This document shows, one piece after another, positions 13,121 through 24,269 of a DNA stretch of 64,000 bases. Source of the DNA: Squalus acanthias (Eukaryota); the NCBI GenBank assembly GCA_030390025.1, contig CM059432.1, forward strand, positions 32,614,001 to 32,678,000, read 5' to 3'. The notes beneath the pieces were generated by a model that did not search any database, had not been told where the DNA came from, and saw only the letters and a program-made list of their open reading frames with translations. The position numbers were made by a program, and so were the translations under genes. Each line of letters opens with the position of its first letter. Position 1 is the first letter of the stretch.

Positions 13121-14388
13121 TAGGTAGATTTCCAATTTATGGCGTGCATACTTGACCTATAGGGACACACTCCATTTATATATGTTGAAAGAGTTTAGGC
13201 CAGGTTGGCAGTGCCAAGTCTTAGGGACCTCTAAGCATGCACAGGGATACTGTTGGAGTGCAACCAGTTAGAGCTGCACACTGGTAAGCTTCCCAATGCT
13301 TGTCCAGCCAGGTCCTATTTGGGCACTGGCTTGCCGGCTTTTCTAGAGTTAGAGGGGCAGGGAAATCCCAGCCTTAAGTGACAAGGTTACCTCTCCAGGT
13401 CCCATCAATGAAATAACTACGCCCCAGTCTTGCCTGGCTCAGGTATCAGATTACCAAATCTGGCACAGAGTGTTTACTTGGGTCTGAACTTCAATTGCTA
13501 GGTGTGTCAGGTTGAAGCCACCTCGATTCTATAGCGTCCACACTTACCTTCAGCCCTCCCTAGGCAGACAGCGGGTACCATGGGCCTCTTATTAGCATAA
13601 CAATTTGGAAGACAACTCACCATAAAATGTGCAAGCATCATCTTCCTAACTACAATATGGACACTGACCATTCCTAGTCAAATGATGGTACTGCCAGTTG
13701 GAGGTACAGAGCTTTAGCAGCATCTGCACCCCATTCAAGGTAGGCACCAAATCCTGGATAGGCGCGTGCAAGCTCTCATAACCAGCGTCCAGGTAACTCC
13801 CAATTCTCAGCATTTCCTTATCAGGTACACAATGGACTTCAGCATGGAGAAAGGACTTTCACTGGACAACCTGTCATCTTTGGGTTCGAGATGTCCAGTA
13901 TTTATCAACAGAAGTGAAGAATTGCACTTCCTTTTAGGAAAAGCAGAACATTTTGGAAATGCACAGCTGGTCAATCAGTATATGAAAGAAAAACATAGGT
14001 TGATAGCTTTGATGGGCGTCTTCATTAGAACTGGCACCTAAAACATTAACCTTTTCTTTCTCCATTTAGATGTTGATGGGATACATTTCTTGTGATCTTA
14101 TTGGTACTATAATTTAAGAAATATAGATCACAAGAAATGTTTGGATGAAGGTGTCCCTTTGGCTTATTTGATCTCATCCTTCCGGCTTACCAACTCTACT
14201 GTCTCCCCATGATGGCTTTTAATGTCGACCTGAACGGGTAGACAGGAGTGTCATCCAAAGCATGGGACATCCCACAATGCAGCACTTCCTCAGTGCTGCA
14301 GAGGAGTCTCAGCCCAAATTATGCACCCAGATGTGAGAGTGTCACCAAGCTAACATTATCACTTTAAATGTAATTGAATTATACTCAC

Positions 14389-14555
14389 TCTGAGTGTGTG
14401 GTCCTGACTCCCCGTCACCACACGGCCAGCAGCTGCTTTCAGTACTGTGATGGGCTTTTGGTGTGCACAAGGAACCATGTGGGTCAACTGACAAACTATG
14501 ATATCATCACTGTTGAAAACTGGCGATGATGGGAAGCTGGACCTGTTGGGTGTTC
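14389..14555 (-). CDS. SCAP: SCAP coding exon (WD40), 167 nt
   Basis: [55 protein letters not shown]. Acceptor gttcag, donor gtgagt. Confidence 0.96.
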
Positions 14556-15381
14556 CTGAACACAAAGTCAGACTATAGAGTTAGTGTTCCAAGTATGGAA
14601 CAAGAAATGATTTAACAACTTGCATGTACATAGCAATTTTAACATAACAAAATGTCTCAAATTTCTTTACAAGCTAGTTGGGTGAAGAATTTATACATCA
14701 AGCAGCAATTTGGCAGTAAGATTAGAGGAAGTAGCTGAAGGCACATTTGAAAGGCAGGTTTGATGAGGTTTTTAAAAAGTGTAGAGAGATGTGTCAAGGC
14801 ATAGAGATCTAGAAAGGGATTTGCAAAGCACAGCAGTGTAATGACTGAAGGCTCTGCCACCATTGATGGAATTGGACAACGGAAGAACAGGGTTGTAAAA
14901 GAAAGGGTGCCAGCTGGGATATAGGACTGGAGGAAATTTCTGGGAAATCAGTGTTCACTGGCTCTTTTGCAATTTTACATAATTTATTTTAAAAATGGGT
15001 TCATTTAATTGCTGATCGGGTTTATTACATGTTCAATATGCAGATTTTGTGTTGATAGCTATTTACAACACTGAATTAAAAAAAATGCTGAGAGAACTAT
15101 GAATTTAAGGATTGCAATTTTAAAAGTGTGTTACATGTCAATGAGATGTTGGCAGCAATTAGTAAAGAATGGGATAATTGGCACATTTTATTAATTTGCT
15201 CCTAATCATCACCCAGTAATCTCCTACTTGTGCTTTAGTCTCAGGATTAGTTGGGGTGCTCCTAACTCACAGTTAACACTGGAAAATGGTATCTTGGACA
15301 AGGTACAGTGCTATACCAGCTTCAGCAGAGGGTCAAAAACAGGAGAGAAATATCCATTTCAAATAAATATCTTTGACCTAC

Positions 15382-15464
15382 CTCGGTACTGCAGCTGGTT
15401 AAAGGTTTTATTGGTGTCTAAACAATAGAAATCTAAGGAGCCATTCAATCTTGCAGCAACAATT
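15382..15464 (-). CDS. SCAP: SCAP coding exon (WD40), 83 nt
   Basis: IVAARLNGSLDFYCLDTNKTFNQLQYR(G). Acceptor cttacag, donor gtaggt. Confidence 0.95.
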
Positions 15465-16099
15465 CTGTAAGAGAAAGCGGAGGTACTTTATTGAGCACAA
15501 ACAAACATCTTATGCATGTATACACACATAGTAATTACCATGTTCTGGTGTGGTAGCAGCAAGTATATGTTTGCATACTGGCCCATCCGATTGCATGATA
15601 CATTATACCACTTATCTCCACCCCACCGCCCCCATTCTGTCATGTGATATAACTGATTTAACAGCATTGGTGAGCATTAAAGTCTGTAAATACTCCAAAG
15701 TAATCTGTAAGCACTTTTAAGTTAAAAAATGAACCACAGCTAGTTATTATACAAATTAATAGTTGTGTTAGACCAGGCTAAACTCAAGTCATGGTATGGC
15801 TAACACTGTCTGTGGAAGGCATCAGGCCAAGGTTGAATAGTGGAGATGCGAGTAACACATTAGAGGCTGGAGTTAATATATTATTTCAGATATCAGGAGA
15901 GCTGATTTTTAAACAATGGAAGAATAAAATGATAAAATGCACTCAATGGTAAAAGTAACTGAGCAAAAAGAACACTTTGAAGGATTTCTAGTAAAGGCTG
16001 CAGGTTAAGATACACCATACGGAAGCAGAAGGTTAATGTCAAAGCTGAGATCAAAGCAGTTAAATGAATGGAGAAGTTAAAAAACAACTTCTTCACACA

Positions 16100-16890
16100 C
16101 ATTGACCTATGAAGGAACTTGATAGGGATAAGGTAGCGGATGTGGTGTACCTAGATTTCAGTAAGGCCTTTCCTCTGGAAAGGCTGGTACTGATAATAAA
16201 GAAAGTGGGAATCAGTGGAAATATTTTATAATGGATATTTAATTGGTTCACTGAATAAACCCAGAGGGTAGTGGTACAGGGATTGTCATCAGCCTAGGAG
16301 AATGTTACCAGTAGGGTCTAGAAGTCACAAGCACAGTGGCTAAATTTGCAGTTGCTACAAAGCTAATGAAGGTGGTAGACTCCAAAGCTGAACAGGATAA
16401 ACTACAGGAGGATTTGAATGTACTTGGGAATTGGGCAGACAGGTGGCAGATGAAGTTCAATGTGGAGAAATACAAAGTGGGACAAAAAATCCAGGAGGGG
16501 ACTATTACTTAAATGGAAATAAAATATATATGCATGGAAAATGAAGAGTTCTGGGGGTCCTTATTAACAATAAATTGTAGCTATCGCAGTGAGTAAAGCA
16601 AATCAATTGGGATGTACTAAAAGTTGAATATTGAGCCGAAATAATGAGGTAATCTGCTACTTTATAAATCATTGGTGCAACCGCTGTGTACAGTTCTGGT
16701 CACCACAGTAGAAAAAGGATATTGCAACTATTGAAAGGTACAGAAGAGAACAACCAGAATGATTGAGGGGATGGAGGGATTGGACTTTGAGGAGAAATTA
16801 TGTAAATTGGGCACGTTCTAATGGGAAAAGATAAGGTTGAAAGGTGATATGATTGCTGTTTACATGGCTCTAAAGGGAATAGATAATAGA
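16100..16890 (+). mobile_element. Highly decayed CR1-type RT fragment
   Basis: Recognisable DNA-level remnants (gtgtacctagatttcagtaaggccttt, tggcagatgaagttcaatgtggag, cagttctggtcacc). Confidence 0.7.
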
Positions 16891-17020
16891 GATCTTGCTG
16901 TGTGCAATATGCCTGCCATGTTTGCCTAGCTAACAATATTGCACCTCAAAGTAATTTACTATACCTAAAGCACTTTGAAACGTTTCTGAGATACGTGATT
17001 AGGTGCTATTTAAACACAAG

Positions 17021-18034
17021 GGGGGTGATTGTCAGTGAATACTTTAGGCGCTAAAGTTCCTCCGAGGTGGCCAAGATGAGGTCTTAAGCTGCAACGCCAG
17101 TTTAGCCTGCGTTTAGTGGAAGACGCCATCTTGGTAACGGAGTTGAAGCCAGCGCTAGGAACAGCCACCCGGAGGCTCATTAAACGGCTGATTGCCACTT
17201 AAAATGCCTGCTAGTGCTCATTAAAGAGGCTGCACAGCATTTTGGTGGCTAGCGCTTCAACGAATGCCCTCTCCTAACAGCGATCAGCTTTCTGGGAGTA
17301 AACACAGTGTTGGTGTCAATTACAAGTGCTACTTAAAGGGATACTCAACATTTCATGTTCATTGCTGTTGGAGCTGTGAAGAGGACCTCTGAAACACATC
17401 GGGAGACTTTCTGGGACACTTTGTGAAGACTTCACCAACAATCGAGCAACATTTATTCCAGAAATTCTCTGAGGACTTCACCTAAAAAGAGTAAGTGCTG
17501 TGCTACTCCACCTTATTAGACACCTTATAGGAGTTCTCTAGCTAGGGAGCCCCCTTGGTCTGGACAAGGAATAGGAGGACGACATTTGGCTGGCAGAGCA
17601 GCACCAGCTGCTGCAGAAGTGAGGAACAGGAGGACGAGGTGGTGTCCTTACCTCCTGCGGGTACAGGACATCCCTCCTCCTCTGGACCTCCTCCACCAGG
17701 ACCTCCAGTGCTGCATCCGAGAACCTGTGCACCCTCTCCCTCGGTCCGAGCCATCCTGCAACGTTTCACTGTGTGCCAGCCAACGCACTCCACACCTTCA
17801 GTGGAAGTGGGTGTGAGAGGCCCACATATACTGCTCCACGAAAATTGCGTCTAATCAGCACTTGACTGTTAAACTTGCACGTTTCTGGTTCAACACCTCC
17901 ACGCAAATTCAAATTATGATAATCAGCAATTAGGACCAAAATTGTCTGCTAAAACCAGACTTTCAAACAGGCTGCTTTTATTAGCACTACACCCAGTTAC
18001 TGCCTGTTTTCACCCTTTAGCTAAAATAACCCCT
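17021..18034. mobile_element. Internally deleted Harbinger derivative (about 1 kb), opposite orientation
   Basis: Degenerate TIRs GGGGGTGATTGT / AAAATAACCCCT; AAG on both flanks (17018-17020 and 18035-18037). Myb N-terminal fragment on - (RFSDAALEVLVEEVQRRRDVLYPQ). Confidence 0.7.
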
Positions 18035-18535
18035 AAGTTTTTTTCAATGTCCTGCTGAATCTATTACAGCTTTATACTTACTTTCCTATATTATAGCAGT
18101 GACTACACTTCAAAAATACTTCACTGACCGTGAAGCACTTTGGGATGCCCTGAAGTCGTGAAAGGGGCTATTTAAATTTGTTTGTTCATTATAACACAAT
18201 CAAATTAAACCATTTTTCACAGATCTTTAAGATGGTTGGGTAATGTATGGAGTAGAGAAAACATTCAACAAGAGCCTGACTGTAAGCTGTGCTGCAGTCA
18301 GACTATCATTGCTCATACTCGATGATGCACCATCACATTTTTAATTTAGATCATGAAAATGTCACAAGACACCGCAACACTTTCAATCCTATGGAACAGA
18401 ACCTGCCTATGTTGGAGAATGGGTTTGGCTACACACTGCTGTTACATCACACTGCTGGAACAAACATCGAATGGTATTCAATATGTTATCTAAAGATTCA
18501 CGGGGTAAATTCATGACACATATCCAGTCTATTAC

Positions 18536-18621
18536 CTGTTTGTGATAAAAGCCAGCGCTGTTATCCCGGACAAACCCTCTTCGTTACTGCAGCGCAGTGT
18601 TCCATCTGCAGCGTCCCACAC
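18536..18621 (-). CDS. SCAP: SCAP coding exon (WD40), 86 nt
   Basis: [28 protein letters not shown](R). Acceptor tttcag, donor gtaata. Confidence 0.95.
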
Positions 18622-20939
18622 CTGAAATGAGCCAGACTCAGTTTAAACAGCAAGACTGGTCATGGTATAAATAGGTCCGGTTTTACTTTTGTTACTAAAA
18701 TAGGTCAAATTTTTTTTCCTTCTCTCCAGTTTTCTCCCAGCCTTTCTGTAGGTGCAGACCCAAGTTGGGGGTAAAGTTCCATTGACATTGGACATACTCT
18801 TGTACCTCACCCAAATGATCATTTTCACATTTCAAGCTGAGGGAGTAAGCATTAACAAGCTATTTGCCTGTGGTAGGACATTTCAGGTAAGCCTTACTCT
18901 CTTCTTCCCGATATTCGCGCGAGCATATTCCAGCAGAAGTCACTGAGTAGTTATCAGCTCCGCTGATGTCCTCTCCCTAGTGCTGGGGTGCTGAAGCTAA
19001 TTGCGTCATCCTGACTACTACTACAACTGAAATCAGCTAGCTCAGCACAGACCAGGGATCGGATCTTGGACTTTCCTGGTCTGTGTGTCTCAGTTCCATG
19101 CTGGTTGGTGCACTTACAAACTGAGCAATTAGGGGAGCTCATTAGTACTGGGTATTTTTTTTGCAGTCAAGGCATTGATAGATCACATTAGCTGCCAGAG
19201 TACCAACAATCCTTAGCTGTAACATTTAAATATGGCATCAGCTGTACTCAATGCTATTTCAAAGCAAAACTATGGTTACAAACCAGATGTTTCCTCACAA
19301 CATTAACGTTGTTCTATGCTGGAGTTTGGTACTGTTAGTGTCACAGTTATTTCTACTGCCTACACTGCCAAAATCACACTCAATACATTGTACCAGAAAG
19401 TGGCAGCACACAGTTTTGCAATGAAATATCCCATTGACGAACTCCAAAGCCTAACCATGTAAATGTACTGCCCCAGCACAGCTGCATCAAAATGCTCACC
19501 TATACACACTAAAATAGGTTTGAGATTTCCCCCTTTTAATTGTTCTTTTAGTAATTAAAACTGAACAAGGAAAAATAAAGCAATAGATTACATAAAAATG
19601 CAAATGTCTCACAGCAAGTTTAAGGCAGTAATTCAATCTTGTTGCTCAACTCACAAGGTCACAAGACAAGTTTGGAAGAAAGCAGCCCTCCAGCCCATTT
19701 GACCTCATTCTTCCAGAATACTAACCCGGTCATCTTCCTACTAGCGTACCACCTGAACAGGCAGACAGGACTTTCCCTTAATGGCTCCACTAAACAATGT
19801 AGCACTCCCTCAGTACTAGATTATGCATTCAAGTCCTGGCATAGGACTGGAACCCCAAAAATTTCTGATCCAGAGGCCAACTAACAAAACTGACACTTGA
19901 CAGAACTTTGTAGAACTGATTGATTCAATTATTGCCTAATGTGCATAGGTTATAGATAGAAGATACTGCATGTGAATTTGTCAAATGATGATTTTTGTCT
20001 GCAGCTAAAGATTATACAAATAGAACAGATGGCTTGAACAACTGACACAAAATGCTTTGATATTTCTAATTCCAACAAGTCACATTAGAGGCAACCGACA
20101 AAAGTTCCTTCAATTCTAATTTTTTCCCCACTTTGTAGGCCTCTTTACAATGTACACTCTTCTCTGTGATCAGGTGAGCTGCAACTATTCATTGTTAATG
20201 CCAGTCTCAATTGTCCATTAGGTGTGATGTACTCGGTGGGGCCATTTTTCAACTTTATTTCTGTTCTCAATTGGTTATACACAGGTGCAAACCTGTAAGT
20301 TTGTGAGGACTGTCAATATCTGTACTGGGACTATAGCCTGAGGCCCTTAAAACTAAGAATAGGTCTGGGAATAAAATTCATCTGGTTAAAATAGCTCTAT
20401 ATGGTTCACACATTGGAAATCAGTGTTATTACTTCAAAAGTATGCCACAAAAGTTCAGAGCAGGAGACATAACGGAAATTATGAAAAATAAAAATGTTTG
20501 TAATAATCTACCAGATCGGGGAACAGAGACAAAAACTGAAGCCATTTAAATTACAATTAAATGTAATGAAGGAGCATGCTCAAACTGGCAAAAGGCAATG
20601 TCAGGAGGTTCCTCCTCTCATAAAAAGTTACAAATGGATTTCCAGATAGGCTAGTGGGGCCAAAATCCTTGGAATCATTTAAGAAACAGGTGTATGCTGT
20701 AATGGGAGTGGGAGGAGAGAACTATAGTTCTTTCTGGATAGATGATGGCTCACTGGGATTCTACTTCTGTATCTACGTTGTGATCAGACAGTTAATCTAT
20801 CAGAGGGATGAGCATTGATGGACAGAGTTGGTATTTTCTCTATGTTCACTTTTTTTTAATACATGTTTTAAGAATTTCCAAAAATACTTATGGCTTCAAG
20901 TAAAAATTTCCAAAAAGTTGAGAAGAATAGAACTTTTAC

Positions 20940-21501
20940 CTCAAGTCGCCCGCTGCTTCTTCCTGCTACAATCAGGTTACCCTGTATGCCAAGGCTCCAG
21001 ACTGAGCTGTCACAGTCTCCGCCCCACATAGGAAGGGGGGAGGTCTTCTCAAACACAGGAAACGGGTCATCCCCTAAACTCCGCCTCCTGTGGTTGCAGC
21101 CACCATCCCAGCCATGTGACTTGAGGTTCACTGATGTTTGAGAACACCTCAAAAGTGCTGGGGGAGATGGGTAACTCCTCAAGTTCTGCACATTCAGCAT
21201 TTTATGATCCTCGTATGCTTTATCATATGCACTGCCAAAGTCATAGCCGGTCTCTTGCGAACGTATGGAAGTAGTCCGCTGTCTGGGAACTGTAACCTCC
21301 TCTTTAATCTGCTCTGCAAAGTTGGTGTCTATCAAACCAGATAAGTCCGGCTGATCGGTGAACAGAATGGGTTGCATAGGGGTCAGTCTCCTTTGGAAGC
21401 TGTGCCCGTTCTCGTATACGTCATCTGCTCCATTCTCAGGATCAGATATATGCTCCCAGCTCTCCTGGCGCTCATAGTAACTGCTGCTATCCCTCCACTG
21501 C
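20940..21501 (-). CDS. SCAP: SCAP coding exon (WD40 domain with long insertion loop), 562 nt
   Basis: QWRDSSSYYERQESWEHISD...LFTDQPDLSGLIDTNF...SSVWSLGIQGNLIVAGRSSGRLE. Acceptor tttttag, donor gtaaaa; frame open throughout. Confidence 0.95.
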
Positions 21502-21889
21502 CTAAAAATAGATGGAAAAGATCAAGTAAACTGTAAAGCATTTTCTAATATGCCTTTATTTCAGAGCTCCAAAGTTCTGAACAAACTTTCTACGTAGAAT
21601 GTAAAGTTTGCATATAGAACACTTCCACAATTTTCATGTCTTAATTTTGAAATAGATTAAAATAAATTATGAGATGTAAACATAATTGTCATGAAATCGT
21701 TCAATCTGCATCTTGTGGGAGGTCTGTATGGACCACGAGTCATTTCAAAGTAGTTTGCTGTAACTTTTATTATTCTAGTTTGTTGAACTACCGTATAGTT
21801 AAAGTTCAAAGAAGCGTCTAAGGGCAGCTCAATGTATGCCCTCGCCCCGCAATACATGAAAAACATTAAAATGATAAAAAATAGTTGTT

Positions 21890-22485
21890 ATAGCTCTTTC
21901 AGTGGCTTAGTTGGTAAAGACAGTGTGTGACTGAGCCATATCGACCAGAAGGCCCCAGGTGTAATTCCTGATCTTCTGAGTTCCCTGATTGTAGCTGCAG
22001 GAGTAGTTTAGGTGCAACAACTGGTCTCAGCACATCAGGTCGAAGAGGAAAATCAAGCAACTCCTATCACTATCAAGTGATTCTCTTCGAAAATGTGCTC
22101 ATTTGGACATTACATAGAATGTACAGCACAGAAACAGGTCATTCGGTCCAACTGGTCCATGCCGTTTATGCTCCACACGAGCCTCATCCCACCCACTTCA
22201 TCTAACCCTATCCACATAACCTTCTATATCTTTCTCCCTCGTATTTATCTAGCTTCCCCTTCAATGCATCTATGCTATTCGCCTCACCTACTCCTTGTAG
22301 TAGCGAGTTCCACATTCTAACCACTCTCTGGGTAAAAAAGTTAGGTGAGAATTTAATTGGGCACAGAAGTGAATCCATCCCCTAGGTAGAGTAGCCTACT
22401 GATACTGGGTTCATGTGTGAAGAATAGCCACTGGACAAGGTACCTGAGGGCATTCAGTCTGATGAAACTATACCCCAGCAAGATA
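21890..22485 (+). mobile_element. Old tRNA-derived SINE-like repeat split by a CR1 tail (22110-22335); other copies near 750-1060 (+) and 18945-19150 (-)
   Basis: Three mutually similar degenerate copies (gaccagaaggccccagg..ctgagtt..ctgat); A-box-like tggcttagttgg. Confidence 0.55.
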
Positions 22486-23385
22486 GGACTGAGAGAGAGA
22501 GAGAAACTATTTCTGCTGGTTAGGGAGTCTAGGACTAGGGGACATAGCCTAAAAATTAGAGCCAGGCCTTAAGTTAGGAAACACTTCTACAAACAAATGG
22601 TGATAGAAGTTTGGAACTCTCTCCCGCAAACGACTTGAGGATAGATCAATTGTTAATTTTAAATCTGAAATTGATAGATTTTTGTTAACCAAAGGTATTA
22701 AGGGATATGGGGCAAAGGTGGGTGTATGGAGTTAGGTCTCAGATCAGCCTTAATTTCATTGAATGGTGGACCAGGCTCGAGAGGCTAAATGGCCTACTCC
22801 TGTTCTTATGTTCCTAACAAGAAACTCAACTTCTTTAAAGAAAAGTAATTATAATCAAATAATTTTACTTACATTACAATGGTTGAGTACTTTAAACAGA
22901 AGATATTCTCTCTAAACACCTTCGCCTTAAAATGTACAGCTATACATTTAAAAATATACACATTATGGAAGAATCCTTTGACCTTTAATTATATTAGTGC
23001 AAAAAAATACAAACACATAGCTGATAATTGTGGCATAGGATTATTATGCTGCTCATAAATTCAACCAGCATAATCAACTCAAGACAGCTGCTCATTATTA
23101 AGGTTGGAGTTAGGTTCTCTTTGGGTTTAAACCTGATCGACATTAGCTGCAGAAACGCAACTGCTATTCTATTAAACCTGCTTATACCGTCCACTTCAGT
23201 GGCCTTTCCTTGTAAATCATTCTGCATTCTGTTACTCCTTGGATGAAAAGTCCTTTCTGACTTTCCTTTGTACTACAGTACTAACTTGCTTATTTTTAAC
23301 ATGTTTCCACTTGTATTTGAACTCTTCACCACAGTTAGCAATTTAGGTTAGATTAAATCTAATGGCAAAATTATATTACCTTGTA

Positions 23386-23950
23386 CAGGTTGAGCGTCCT
23401 GAATCCGGCAACCTCGGGACCGAGGCCCAGCTGGTTTTCGTGTTTTTCCGGACTTCGGAACGTGTTTCTGATGTCCGAAGTCCGGAAATATCGCAACCTG
23501 GGCTCGGGCGTTTCCGGACTTTGGACATCAGAAACACGTTCCGAGTCCGGAAATGCCTGGGCTGCTCCGCGTAGCGCTGACGCGTTTCTCCGCCCCTCCC
23601 CTTCTGTTAAAGGGGAAGGACGCTGCGAGCTCTGCAGAGCATCCAATGGCCCACACTAGGCCACCAGGGCGGTGTGGTGCCGTGGCCGCAGCCTGGCGGA
23701 AACACTTAGTGGAGCTGTACAGATTAAGGAGGATAAAACACAACACTAAAGTTTTATTGCATCACTCGCATTTTTCATAGGATTTTTCAAAAAAAGACAA
23801 CAAAAGTTAATGGCTTTTTGAAGTACAGGTTGAGCGTCCAAAATCAGGAGTTCCGGATTCCGGACCATTTTACGGATTCCCGACGACCCTGCTACCAATC
23901 GTCCCGGAGTCCGGAACATTCCAAACTCCGGATTTTGGACGCTCAACCTG
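23386..23950. mobile_element. Compound Tigger/pogo-like MITE with two left TIRs (23386 and 23826) and one right TIR (ends 23950)
   Basis: TA followed by CAGGTTGAGCGTCC twice; GGACGCTCAACCTG followed by TA once. Many TTCCGGA subrepeats. Confidence 0.8.
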
Positions 23951-24081
23951 TACCTAGTTTATCTGTTACAGAACACTGAGTGCAAGGCCTCCTAAACACA
24001 AGGAGGTTCAAAAGTACAATTGAGGGATATTGTCCCAGATATTTAATAAAACAACCCAGAGTGAGTGAATGAATACTTTAC

Positions 24082-24197
24082 CCTGGGTTTGGTATGACAG
24101 TCAGACAATCACCAGTCTGAGCATCCCACACTCTGATCTGTCCAGACAGGCAGCAGCTGACCAACAACATCCCATCACTGGCCAAGCATTCAATATC
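24082..24197 (-). CDS. SCAP: SCAP coding exon (first WD40 repeat), 116 nt
   Basis: Translated by hand: [38 protein letters not shown](G). Acceptor cccctag, donor gtaaag. Not in the ORF track. Confidence 0.96.
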
Positions 24198-24269
24198 CTA
24201 GGGGAAAAAAATTAATAAAAATGCATTTAATAAAAATCTATATTCATCTATGCACTAGATTGTAACCAA

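Noticed and set aside
13121..13375. Possible right TIR of the 10692 Harbinger, or a separate old MITE (taggtagatttcc ... gaaatcccagcc)
   Set aside because: It matches the left TIR poorly and has no GAT TSD; too degenerate to call.
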